From Cyanophyceae cyanobacterium (GTDB lineage: Bacteria > Cyanobacteriota > Cyanobacteriia > Cyanobacteriales > JBHJGN01): 64,000 bases of DNA. This document shows positions 10,277 to 19,280 of the stretch, one piece after another (within the stretch, counting starts at the first letter, position 1; each line of letters opens with the position of its first letter). Location: contig JBHJGN010000023.1 in assembly GCA_050331735.1 (NCBI GenBank), positions 96,001 through 160,000 of the forward strand. Reading direction: 5' to 3'. Under the pieces are notes generated by a model. It searched no databases and was not told the origin of the DNA. It saw nothing but the letters and a program-made list of their open reading frames with translations. A program made the translations under genes and the position numbers.

Positions 10277-11185
10277 TTATTTTAGCCATGCTGACAAATC
10301 TTTTTGGAGTAAGTCTTGAAGTTTCAAAATATCTTCTTTATAAACCTGAATCAAATGTTTTCTAACGTCTGAAGTTAATTCTGGCTTAGTCAAGCTACGA
10401 TTTTTTATATCAGTTGTGAAGCTTTCGTATAATTTGCTAGGCAGCAGGAGTCGGAGTGCAAGAGTAAATAGGTTTCGCTGATTTAAAGCTTTATACAAAA
10501 CTTTATTTCTAGGAATGCCAGTCACATTGTATTTAGCAGACATATCTGGCATAAAACTTTCGTTTACTTGGAGAAACCGAAACAGATCTTGTAGTAGCGG
10601 CGTCGGCTGTTTTTGAAAGTCTTCGTACAGGTAAATTTTAATTTGACTGCGCTCAAATTTTTGAAAATACCGTGTTAGTTGCTCGTAGTAAAATCCTGGA
10701 TGCACGTAGAAAAATCCCCACCACCAGTTGCTCTCTCTACGTTTTGGTTCCTCCTGAATAGCTTGCTCAAAGTCAGCAATAGGTTCCAAATTATCTCTAA
10801 TCGTGTGTAAAAAGCCTGAGTAGGCTCTGTCAACCGGATTGCGGAGAATAGCGATGAGTTTTACGTCAGGAATATAGTGGTGGATGCGCTCAGGTGCTTG
10901 TGTTTCATAAAGATACATGGGAGAAATTTCCCCAATAGCCTTTTCATCGGATACACCTTCAAATAATTTCTGATAGGTGTGCAAGTCAGTTTGGCACTGC
11001 GATAAGTAATTATCTATTGTTTTACTAGCAGGATATTTGTAGTTGAGGTTTTCACCCTCCATCGCAAAAAAATTGGTTTCTTTGACAGGACTTAAATAAA
11101 TTTGAGGATGTTGCTGAAGGTAGGTATAAAGAGAGGTTGTTCCTGCTTTTGCTGCACCAATAACCAAAAAATTAGGCATTATCAT
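10277..11185 (-). CDS. Sulfotransferase
   Basis: 5'-PSB loop IGAAKAGTTSL and 3'-PB LRNPVDRAYS. Confidence 0.92.
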   Translation of the reverse strand: MIMPNFLVIGAAKAGTTSLYTYLQQHPQIYLSPVKETNFFAMEGENLNYKYPASKTIDNYLSQCQTDLHTYQKLFEGVSDEKAIGEISPMYLYETQAPERIHHYIPDVKLIAILRNPVDRAYSGFLHTIRDNLEPIADFEQAIQEEPKRRESNWWWGFFYVHPGFYYEQLTRYFQKFERSQIKIYLYEDFQKQPTPLLQDLFRFLQVNESFMPDMSAKYNVTGIPRNKVLYKALNQRNLFTLALRLLLPSKLYESFTTDIKNRSLTKPELTSDVRKHLIQVYKEDILKLQDLLQKDLSAWLK

Positions 11186-11261
11186 CGTACTTTTCCCGTA
11201 GCTATGTGTCTGGAAGACGAAAGAGTATTTGTCTACAGCGTTTTCTACTCTGGATCAACGA

Positions 11262-12170
11262 TCAGATTTTGTAAAACTGCACGTAGAGACTTTGGCCTAG
11301 TATAAAATTTCTTAAACCTAAACTGAGACACTTTTCGTATATAGAATTACTCAAGCGATTAAAAATCAATCGACTTCCAGGAAACCTAGAACGAAAGCGA
11401 TCGCTATAAGCATTTACATAAGCTGCTGTATGATAGGCAGCTAAAGGTTCATAAATCACCTTTGCTAACTTAATCGGAAACAGCTTTTCCAGGGCTTTAA
11501 AAGAGGATTTAGTCCACAAAGTCATATGATGGGGCGGCATGTCTAGCAAATTATACTGATGCTGCAAAAAACTCTCGGCGTTTGGAACGCAGTAAACTAG
11601 TTTTCCGCCCGGTTTCAGCATTTCGATTGACCACTCGATAAATTCTTTCGGGTTGGGAACGTGTTCTAAAACCTGAAAGCTACAGACTCCATCTAAAGAT
11701 TCGTGATAAATCTCGGCAGCTTCCTGTAGATCTAATCGCTCGACTGGAAGCTGCCTTTTTTGAGCTACATCAACGGCTGCTTCATTTAATTCAATGCCTT
11801 TAATATCTAGTCCTGCCTCAATACAGGTTTTGACAAAATCGCCATAGGCAGAGCCAATTTCTAAAATCTTCTGACACTTTTTCAAATCTCTTTGTGCAAT
11901 GCGATGTTCCCATTTATGAGGCATGTAATACCAGTCAAATTTTTGTAGCTGTTCGTAAAGCTTTCCTGAGCCAGCAATATCAGCCGGAGCAAAGAATTTG
12001 AGCTGAGTTTGATTGCACCTGTACAGATAGATTTTTGGGTGTCCCTGTAGTTCCTGAGCAATATTAATTCGGAAATGCTGCTGCCAATCGTCAATTAATT
12101 GATCTGCTTGAAAAATCCTGAGTAGACTAATATCGCTAGAATTAGAAATAATGCTCGTTTCCTGGCTCAT
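11262..12170 (-). CDS. Class I SAM-dependent methyltransferase
   Basis: ILEIGSAYG, FQVLEHV, LKPGG, PPHH. Confidence 0.88.
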   Translation of the reverse strand: MSQETSIISNSSDISLLRIFQADQLIDDWQQHFRINIAQELQGHPKIYLYRCNQTQLKFFAPADIAGSGKLYEQLQKFDWYYMPHKWEHRIAQRDLKKCQKILEIGSAYGDFVKTCIEAGLDIKGIELNEAAVDVAQKRQLPVERLDLQEAAEIYHESLDGVCSFQVLEHVPNPKEFIEWSIEMLKPGGKLVYCVPNAESFLQHQYNLLDMPPHHMTLWTKSSFKALEKLFPIKLAKVIYEPLAAYHTAAYVNAYSDRFRSRFPGSRLIFNRLSNSIYEKCLSLGLRNFILGQSLYVQFYKI

Positions 12171-12221
12171 TTGAACAACTTCTCCTCAAAGCTATTGACT
12201 ACTCTCATACAGTGATTTATT

Positions 12222-13073
12222 TCAGTATTGATATCCTAGTTTTTGAGCTATGTCTCGGCTAGCATCTTCAATAAACTTTCTATCTGTAGTAGATAATTTT
12301 TTTCCATCTGTCACTTGGCCCTGACGCACAAAAGGCTTTGATTTCGATTTCATTAAATAGGTAGAGCGATGAGTGTTTTCTGAAGCTTTCATCTTCTCTT
12401 TTGAACTTAGCTGGACAGCTTCTTTGAGAGCGGTTTCTCTGGCTTCAAGTCCTAGTAAGCTCATGAGCTTCGACATTTCTCTTTCGGGATCTTTAAGCAA
12501 ATCTTCGTAGCGAAAGAGCTGAATTATTTGTCCTTGCCGGAGAGACAAGAACCAAGATTCCGTATGTTTTACCCAAGCTTCTATGCCGTATTGTTTGTGT
12601 TTACAAAAATCGGAGAACTGATGATTTTGCGATATTGCTTGACGATCTCTTAAGTAGTGATAATAAGAAACGCATACGTCTCTGGGATCTCGAACGAGAA
12701 GGAAAACACGTAGATAATAAGGATTGTAATAGGAGTGAGATTTAATAATTCTTGGTATCGTGGTTCCAAATATTCCCTCGTAGCGAATGTTCTGTAAAAA
12801 TCTATCTTCTGAAGCACGAACCTCGGGGATAATATCTTGTATCGAGAAAAAGTTGACTTCACGCTGGATGCTGTAGTGAGTTTTAATAGCGTTGGCAATC
12901 AAAAACCGAAACCAAGTATTGCCAGACCGGGGAAAAGAAACCAAAAAAATATCTTCTCTAAGATAGTTTGCAGGAAGACCTTTCTGGTATTCTTTTTCTA
13001 TATTTTTTTTAGTTATCCGATTTAAAAAAAACATATCTTTTTTTAACTTAAGCTGAAGTCTATACCTAGACAA
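12222..13073 (-). CDS. Sulfotransferase (start uncertain)
   Basis: DIFLVSFPRSGNTW, IKSH, VRDPRDVCVS, RYEDL. Confidence 0.88.
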   Translation of the reverse strand: MSRYRLQLKLKKDMFFLNRITKKNIEKEYQKGLPANYLREDIFLVSFPRSGNTWFRFLIANAIKTHYSIQREVNFFSIQDIIPEVRASEDRFLQNIRYEGIFGTTIPRIIKSHSYYNPYYLRVFLLVRDPRDVCVSYYHYLRDRQAISQNHQFSDFCKHKQYGIEAWVKHTESWFLSLRQGQIIQLFRYEDLLKDPEREMSKLMSLLGLEARETALKEAVQLSSKEKMKASENTHRSTYLMKSKSKPFVRQGQVTDGKKLSTTDRKFIEDASRDIAQKLGYQY

Positions 13074-13310
13074 ATCAAGTTTTTGTATAGCATCAATTTG
13101 AAAATTTTTATAAATTTATCATTGTTTGTAACTTTGTTCTTTAGAAATTAAATTGTTCGAGCTTCAAAAGAAATACATAGCAATGCTTGCGCTTGTGAAG
13201 TACAGCCCTAAAATCTAGTTCTCTGTTGGTTTTTCCCCGCATACTTCTCGGTATACCTCACGAGTTTAAGAAACGCTATACAAATCTGCTTTACTTTAGA
13301 AAATGTGCTA

Positions 13311-14591
13311 CTAAATTTTGACGCTAGTCTTCCAACTCAATTTTGGAGCAACAACCCCTGGCCATTTTTCTGGAAAAATAGAGCCATGTTGATTAGCGTT
13401 TTCCACATAAAAACCGAGAAATTCTTGGCCTTGCAACAGCACTTTTACGCCTGGACAACCGATGTGAAGTTTAAGAGAATATCGTCCAAAGTTAAGCAAA
13501 AAAGCTGGTATGGTACAGTTTGTCTTGTATAGGCCGGGAGCTTCCTCTTCAGTTCGTAAAGCATGATCTGTTGACGAAAAAGCGATAATGCCCTCAGATG
13601 TCAGAATTTGCAGAATAATGCGCATTCCTCGCATTTGTGTAAACAGCCTGTAGACTATTTCTACCTGAATGGGTTCTTCGGCATCAAAATGGCTTTGCAC
13701 TCTATTTTCAGAGTTAAGTAAGCGAAGAGAAGCTAAACGCAGCTCTTCCCCGCCTGGGGCTTCTTGTTCCTGCCAGTAAACTTCTCCATGATGAAAATCA
13801 CGAATCGTCGCTGAATTAAGGTATGAATCTACAACTTGAGCAGTTGTTCCCTGAGCAACCACTTTTCCTTGTTCGAGGAGCATAGCCGAGTTACACAGGG
13901 TTTTAATCGTTCCCATGTTATGACTAACAAACAGCACTGTTCTACCCTCCTTGCCTACCTCCTCCATCTTGCCCAGACACTTTTTTTGAAAGGCGGCATC
14001 TCCTACCGCTAGCACTTCATCTACTATCAAAATTTCAGGTTCTAGATGAGCCGCTACCGCAAACGCTAGCCGGACATACATTCCCGAAGAATAGCGCTTG
14101 ACTGGGGTATCTAAAAATTTTTCTACCTCTGCAAAGAAAACGATTTCATCAAACTTTCTCTTGATTTCGAGCTTACTCATGCCCAGAATGGCTCCATTGA
14201 GATAAATGTTCTCTCTCCCTGTTAGTTCTGGGTGAAAGCCAGTGCCGACTTCGAGTAGACTGGCAACTCTTCCTTTAATGCAGATCCGTCCGGTGGTTGG
14301 GTCAGTAATCCGACTCAAAAGCTTGAGCAGAGTTGATTTGCCAGCACCGTTGCGTCCAATAATGCCCAGGCGATCGCCTCTTTTGATTTCAAACGAGACG
14401 TTTTGAAGTGCCCAAAATTCCTCGATGGCTGGATTGCTCTTGCTTCTGTGCTGAAGCAGCGATCGCCCAACAGATTTTGCCTTGCTAGTGAGAACATCTC
14501 GTAACGCCACGTAGGGCGATCGCCCTTGCTGCTGATGCCCAAGCAGATATTTTTTGCCTAAATTTTCAACTTTAACGACGGTATCAAACAT
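13311..14591 (-). CDS. wzt: Polysaccharide ABC exporter ATP-binding protein with C-terminal Wzt domain
   Basis: Walker A GRNGAGKST, signature YSSGM, DEVLAVGD, ~170-aa C-terminal extension. Confidence 0.93.
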   Translation of the reverse strand: MFDTVVKVENLGKKYLLGHQQQGRSPYVALRDVLTSKAKSVGRSLLQHRSKSNPAIEEFWALQNVSFEIKRGDRLGIIGRNGAGKSTLLKLLSRITDPTTGRICIKGRVASLLEVGTGFHPELTGRENIYLNGAILGMSKLEIKRKFDEIVFFAEVEKFLDTPVKRYSSGMYVRLAFAVAAHLEPEILIVDEVLAVGDAAFQKKCLGKMEEVGKEGRTVLFVSHNMGTIKTLCNSAMLLEQGKVVAQGTTAQVVDSYLNSATIRDFHHGEVYWQEQEAPGGEELRLASLRLLNSENRVQSHFDAEEPIQVEIVYRLFTQMRGMRIILQILTSEGIIAFSSTDHALRTEEEAPGLYKTNCTIPAFLLNFGRYSLKLHIGCPGVKVLLQGQEFLGFYVENANQHGSIFPEKWPGVVAPKLSWKTSVKI

Positions 14592-14600
14592 CCTCTCGCC

Positions 14601-15431
14601 TCAAATAACATCGGCGAACGTTCGTTCGGTTTTGCGGAAGTACCAAATCCCACCAACCAACAAACCAACGACTAATCCGATGGATAGTACAAATCCTGGT
14701 AAATAAATGGCTGACTCGCCTCCTAAAATGGCCCAGCGAAAGCCATCAATCACCCCAACCATCGGATTGACAGAATAAAGCAAGCGCCATTCTTGAGGAA
14801 CGACGTTGCTGCTAAAGCCCACAGGCGAGATATACAAACCAAACTGCACAATAAATGGCACAATATAGCGAAAATCTCGGTATTTGACGTTGAGCGATGC
14901 CATCCACAAACCGGCTCCCATAGCGGCGGCAAAAGCAATCAAAATGAAGACTGGCAAACTCAAAATCCGCCAGCTAGGAACAAAATCGTACCACGCCATT
15001 AACCCAAGCAGAATCATCCCAGACACCATAAAATCAACAAAGCTAACTATAACGGCACTTGTCGGTACAATCAGGCGGGGAAAATATATTTTAGAAATCA
15101 AATTAGAGTTGGTAATGAGGCTGTTACTACACTCTGCTAGCGCACTCGCAAAAAACTGCCAGGGCAGCATAGCCGCAAATACTAAGATGGGATACGGCAC
15201 TCCCTCTGATGGGAGCTTTGCCAGCTTACCAAACACAATGGTAAATACCACCATCGTTAGAAAGGGGCGAATCAGCGCCCAAGCAATTCCAATCGCCGTT
15301 TGCTTGTAGCGCACCAATATATCTCGCCATGCCAGAAAGTAAAACAGCTCTCGATAGCGCCATAGGTCTCTCCAGTACTGGCGCTCTGTTCGGCCTGCCT
15401 CGATTACTAACTCTGCTTCACTCCTGCTCAT
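14601..15431 (-). CDS. wzm: Polysaccharide ABC exporter permease
   Basis: RDILVRYKQT..G..WA, KIYFPR, about six TM segments, adjacent to wzt. Confidence 0.93.
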   Translation of the reverse strand: MSRSEAELVIEAGRTERQYWRDLWRYRELFYFLAWRDILVRYKQTAIGIAWALIRPFLTMVVFTIVFGKLAKLPSEGVPYPILVFAAMLPWQFFASALAECSNSLITNSNLISKIYFPRLIVPTSAVIVSFVDFMVSGMILLGLMAWYDFVPSWRILSLPVFILIAFAAAMGAGLWMASLNVKYRDFRYIVPFIVQFGLYISPVGFSSNVVPQEWRLLYSVNPMVGVIDGFRWAILGGESAIYLPGFVLSIGLVVGLLVGGIWYFRKTERTFADVI

Positions 15432-15642
15432 CCAGCCACCACTTTGTTAGACTGCATCAGGTTAACAAGTCACTGTTGCTTGATACTCTAGGCTGGAATT
15501 ATGATGGCATAACTTGGATCTGTCAAGGTTTAGCCAATCAATCTGCTGATACTCTTACAGTACCAAACAAGCATCCAGGATGAGGTTTCTATCAAGAAGT
15601 CGTCCGAAAAGAGATAACGAAGTTGGCAACTAAGGAGCGACC

Positions 15643-16416
15643 ATGAAAAAAATGCTTGCGGCAACCATTCAGTCATTGACCCATCAATTTAAAGGCGATA
15701 CAGAACGACCTAAAAAATATCCTCCAGATTTCAGCCAACAAAATCTAGAGATTTATAATTCTGTCAAGGCCTATACATCGACCAGTTTAGAAAGAGCAAA
15801 TGCCTTGATCAATGCAGTTAATTATCTTGTCGCTAATAAAATCGATGGAGCTTTCGTTGAATGTGGCGTGTGGAAAGGCGGCTCGATTATGGCTATGGCG
15901 CTTACGCTTAAAAAGTTGGGAGATGAAAGTAGAGAACTATATTTATACGATACCTTTTCTGGAATGAGTGCTCCTAGTGATGTTGATATTTCAGTTAATG
16001 GGGAAAAAGCAGCCGACCAGTTTTCCCAAACTAAACTATCCGCCGATTCATCAAACTGGTGCTTTTCTTCCTTGGAGGAAGTGAAAGAAAATGTATTGAG
16101 TACTGGCTATCCTCAAGAGAAAATATATTTCATTGAAGGAAAAGTGGAAGACACAATACCGACAAATATTCCCCAAGAAATCGCCTTGCTGAGACTAGAT
16201 ACTGACTGGTATGAATCAACTAAGCATGAAATGACTCATCTATTTCCGCTTCTCAAACCCAATGGCGTTTTGATTATCGATGATTACGGTCACTGGGAAG
16301 GAGCCAGAAAAGCAATCGATGAATATATTGCTGACAATAATATTTGTATCCTTTTAAATCGAATTGACTACACGGGGCGGATTGCCGTCAAGACAGTGAA
16401 CAACAAGCCTACTTGA
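15643..16416 (+). CDS. TylF/MycF/NovP-family O-methyltransferase
   Basis: FVECGVWKGGS, YDTFSGM, LRLDTDWYEST, IDDYG. Confidence 0.9.
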   Translation: MKKMLAATIQSLTHQFKGDTERPKKYPPDFSQQNLEIYNSVKAYTSTSLERANALINAVNYLVANKIDGAFVECGVWKGGSIMAMALTLKKLGDESRELYLYDTFSGMSAPSDVDISVNGEKAADQFSQTKLSADSSNWCFSSLEEVKENVLSTGYPQEKIYFIEGKVEDTIPTNIPQEIALLRLDTDWYESTKHEMTHLFPLLKPNGVLIIDDYGHWEGARKAIDEYIADNNICILLNRIDYTGRIAVKTVNNKPT

Positions 16417-16417
16417 C

Positions 16418-17251
16418 TTAAGTCTCTAAATCGGGTTCAATGCCGAGCGATCGCAATTGTTCGAGCAGTCGTTCGCTGCGCCGTCTTTCCTGTTCAGCCC
16501 GCTGCCGCTCCTGCTCAGCCCGCTGCCGCTCTCGTTCAGCCCGCTGTCGCTCCTGTTCAGCCCGCTGCCGCTCTTGTTCGGCTAGATTCGCTTCTCGTTC
16601 CGGGGGCGTAGGAATCCACTGCCCAGAGGCATTAAACCAGCGTAACCATTGACGCTCAACGTTCTCATAGGAGCCTTGCCAGAGTCCGATGCCTAATTCG
16701 ATTCCTGACATCCACACGCGCGACTGTTCTAAATCCAAAGCCCGATAGCGTCTTCCTTCTAAGCGGAATGCCTGTAGCTCATCGGTATAGCGATTAAAAA
16801 CTAGGTAGTAAGGAATTTGCAGAATTTGTTCGTAGACTTGCCACTTAGTCGGAGGTTGAGCAGCCTCTCGCAAAGTTTGTCCTAAATCTTCTTTTTCGGT
16901 TCCTGGAGACAAAAACTCAACCGCTACAAACGGAGCCACCCCTTCCTGCCAAATCACGTAGCTTAACCGCAGATATCGTTCCTCGTAGAGCTTAGGAATC
17001 CCAACAACGGCAAACCAGTCGGGTCGTTTATACCACTGGGTATGACGAGGATCGTAGTAAAGATTCAAATCGCTGGCAACCAAAACCTGATCTTCTGAAT
17101 AGGATGGCGGACAGAAGGTATCGCTCAACAGCCGCGCCTGCCAGATATGAAATTCGTCGGGCAAACCAGAATCTCCGATCTCTTCGCTAGGAAGATCGTA
17201 CATGGTCGGCATCACTTCTTTCGGAGACCGAGGCGGATCGGTTTGATACAT
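16418..17251 (-). CDS. Uma2-family (PD-(D/E)XK-like) protein with C-terminal coiled coil
   Basis: DLPSE..GLPDEFH, PDWF.V, VEFLSPGT; tail of (EQERQRA)n. Confidence 0.88.
   Translation of the reverse strand: MYQTDPPRSPKEVMPTMYDLPSEEIGDSGLPDEFHIWQARLLSDTFCPPSYSEDQVLVASDLNLYYDPRHTQWYKRPDWFAVVGIPKLYEERYLRLSYVIWQEGVAPFVAVEFLSPGTEKEDLGQTLREAAQPPTKWQVYEQILQIPYYLVFNRYTDELQAFRLEGRRYRALDLEQSRVWMSGIELGIGLWQGSYENVERQWLRWFNASGQWIPTPPEREANLAEQERQRAEQERQRAERERQRAEQERQRAEQERRRSERLLEQLRSLGIEPDLET
16488..16582 (-). repeat. 21-bp coding tandem repeat (EQERQRA heptads)
   Basis: Repeated ctgttcagcccgctgccgctc-like units. Confidence 0.85.
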
Positions 17252-17291
17252 ACGACATTATTAAAAGCTATTCTTTAACTTTAGCAAGTCT

Positions 17292-17357
17292 GTCCGGTGC
17301 GGGACGGGAAAGGGGAAGGGGAAACTGTCCCTCCGGGACGGGGAAAGGGAAAGGGAG
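17292..17357. repeat. Dispersed mini-hairpin/GGGGAAA repeat element, copy 1
   Basis: GTCCC-TCC-GGGAC at 17327-17339 among GGGAAA runs. Confidence 0.85.
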
Positions 17358-17454
17358 GACATGATAGGCTTGGTCCCTGTATCCTTGTGTTCTATTTGTA
17401 ACAAGAGTCAATAGAATTGGTGTAGATTGGCAAACTTTTAGATAACAGTTACCA

Positions 17455-17733
17455 ATGGCTAATATTAATATTCAATCTCAGACTGAGCTAGACAATGGCT
17501 GGTCTTACCAGGTCAAGCTGCAAGATAATGGTGAGCATAGCTACAGCGTGACGCTTTCTCAGTCTGATTACGAACAGTGGTCTCAAGGGGCATCGCCAGA
17601 CAAGGTGATCGAGGCGGCGTTTGCCTTTCTGCTCGAACGGGAACCCGCTTCTGCAATCCTGTCAGAATTTGACTGCTCGGTAATTCGTCGTTACTTTCCT
17701 GAAGTGGATCGAGAGCTGCCAAAAAGACTGTAG
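17455..17733 (+). CDS. Small hypothetical protein
   Basis: 92-aa ORF with protein-like composition (AFAFLLEREP..ILSEFD..I.RYFPE). Confidence 0.75.
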   Translation: MANINIQSQTELDNGWSYQVKLQDNGEHSYSVTLSQSDYEQWSQGASPDKVIEAAFAFLLEREPASAILSEFDCSVIRRYFPEVDRELPKRL

Positions 17734-17734
17734 A

Positions 17735-17800
17735 TCCGGTTATCTCTACCGAGGATTCGTAGCTTCCTCCCTGTTCCTTAAATCAGAAAAGAGACATACT
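17735..17800 (+). promoter_or_regulatory. K-box-like heat-shock promoter, upstream copy
   Basis: TCCGG-TTAT-CTCTAC, then TTCCTCCCTGTT, then a -10-like CATACT. Same spacing as the hspA promoter 208 bp downstream. Confidence 0.55.
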
Positions 17801-17805
17801 AAATA

Positions 17806-17894
17806 TTAGGTCTGATTAACACAGATCTAACTATTTTAATCCTTTATATGTAAAGTTTATTGCCCCTGGTAGATTGGTCTATCGGGGGTATTTT
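17806..17894 (+). ncRNA. Candidate ~90-nt small RNA
   Basis: 5' hairpin 17806-17830 and 13-bp terminator hairpin 17861-17890 followed by TTTT. G-U pairs form only on the + strand; no ORF. Confidence 0.5.
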
Positions 17895-17942
17895 AATGGC
17901 TAACAGTTGGCAGGCGGTTTTAGTTATTTAACCGGAAATATT

Positions 17943-18008
17943 ATCGGAAAGCTCTACTCTTATGCTCGGTTTTCCTCCCTGTTGTGCAAAGAAGCAATAT
18001 TGCACAAT
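17943..18008 (+). promoter_or_regulatory. K-box-like promoter of hspA
   Basis: ATCGG-AAAG-CTCTAC, TTCCTCCCTGTT, -10-like CACAAT about 55 nt before the hspA ATG. Confidence 0.6.
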
Positions 18009-18063
18009 AAAGATGTCACACAAAAGACAGTTCCACTAAAAAGTAATCCTAAAAGGACAAATT

Positions 18064-18528
18064 ATGGCAATTATTCTTCGTAATCCTTACAACGAAATTG
18101 AATCCTTCCGTCGTCAATTTGACAGCATTTTTAATCAAATGGCAGCTCCTCAGAATACCTGGAAGCCAGCCGTAGAACTTTATGAAGCTCAAGATCGTTT
18201 CGTTCTTAAAGTACAGCTTCCTGGCTTTGAAGGCAAAGATCTAGATATTAACGCTACTCGTGAAGCTGTTATGATCAAAGGCGAGTATCGCCACAACCAA
18301 GAAGAAGGACTGCGCTATTCTGAGTTCCGTTACGGTTCTTTCCAAAGAGCGATTAAACTGCCTGTCGCTATTCAGAATGACAACGTGCAGGCTGAATTTA
18401 ACAATGGTATTTTGACCCTCAATCTACCCAAAGTAGAAGCAGCCGTTAATCGGGTTGTTAAAGTCAATCTTGAAGCGGCTGAGGCGACTGCTCCCCAAGC
18501 TGAAGCTGAGCAGAATCAAGACAGCTAA
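18064..18528 (+). CDS. hspA: Small heat shock protein (Hsp20/alpha-crystallin)
   Basis: W.PAVEL.E, LPG, SEFRYGSFQR.I.LP, A.FNNGIL.L.LPK. Confidence 0.93.
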   Translation: MAIILRNPYNEIESFRRQFDSIFNQMAAPQNTWKPAVELYEAQDRFVLKVQLPGFEGKDLDINATREAVMIKGEYRHNQEEGLRYSEFRYGSFQRAIKLPVAIQNDNVQAEFNNGILTLNLPKVEAAVNRVVKVNLEAAEATAPQAEAEQNQDS

Positions 18529-18584
18529 TTGTCAGGTTCTTATTTGAGATTCAGTTTCAACGATACTGATTAAGCGAGATTAAC

Positions 18585-19250
18585 TTAGCCGTAAGCCGTA
18601 TTCTTGCCATTTGAGCGCAGGAGTGCGGCTTTTAATTGGGTAAACAGCAGGGCCACTTTTTCTAAATCTTTGTCTCCCGGCGATCGCTCAACGCCGCTCG
18701 ACAGATCGATGCCGTGGGGCTGTAGCTGAGTCAGAGCATTGGTAACGTTATCGGGGGTTAATCCGCCAGCCAATAGCCAAGGACGAGCTAAACAAGTCTG
18801 TCTGAGGGCTTCCCAGTCAAGCGTTTTTCCCGTTCCTCCTAGCTGTTGCGGATGATAAGCATCTAACAAAAAGGTGTCGATCCATTCGTAATAAGCATCA
18901 AGCTGAGCAAGAGTTTGTGGCGATTTAACGCGGATGGCTTTAATCAGTTCGGTGTCGGGAAGCCGTTGCCGTAACTGCTGGCAGTAAATGGGAGTTTCGT
19001 CTCCGTGTAGCTGAACCCCGCTTAGATCGGTGGCAGTCACCGTCTCAACAATTTCCTTTACGGTGGCGTTGGCAAATACGCCAATACGATCAACTTCTGA
19101 GGGCAACTGCTGCACCACGGCTCCAATTTGTTCCGGCTTGACGTAGCGAGGGGAGCGAGAAACGCAGATAAATCCGAGGGCGGTAGCTCCGAGTTCAGCG
19201 ATCGCCCGTCCTTGATCGGGTTTAGTAATGCCGCAGATTTTGATGCGCAT
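18585..19250 (-). CDS. trpF: Phosphoribosylanthranilate isomerase
   Basis: [32 protein letters not shown]. Start moved to ATG 19250. Confidence 0.95.
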   Translation of the reverse strand: MRIKICGITKPDQGRAIAELGATALGFICVSRSPRYVKPEQIGAVVQQLPSEVDRIGVFANATVKEIVETVTATDLSGVQLHGDETPIYCQQLRQRLPDTELIKAIRVKSPQTLAQLDAYYEWIDTFLLDAYHPQQLGGTGKTLDWEALRQTCLARPWLLAGGLTPDNVTNALTQLQPHGIDLSSGVERSPGDKDLEKVALLFTQLKAALLRSNGKNTAYG

Positions 19251-19280
19251 AGATCCTATCGGGGGAAAGGGCAAAGGGAA

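Noticed and set aside
16488..16582. 21-bp repeats as a novel element
   Set aside because: This is the ordinary coiled-coil tail of cyanobacterial Uma2 proteins.
17982..18007. CIRCE element before hspA
   Set aside because: The inverted repeat TTGTGCAA-N10-TTGCACAA does not match TTAGCACTC-N9-GAGTGCTAA.
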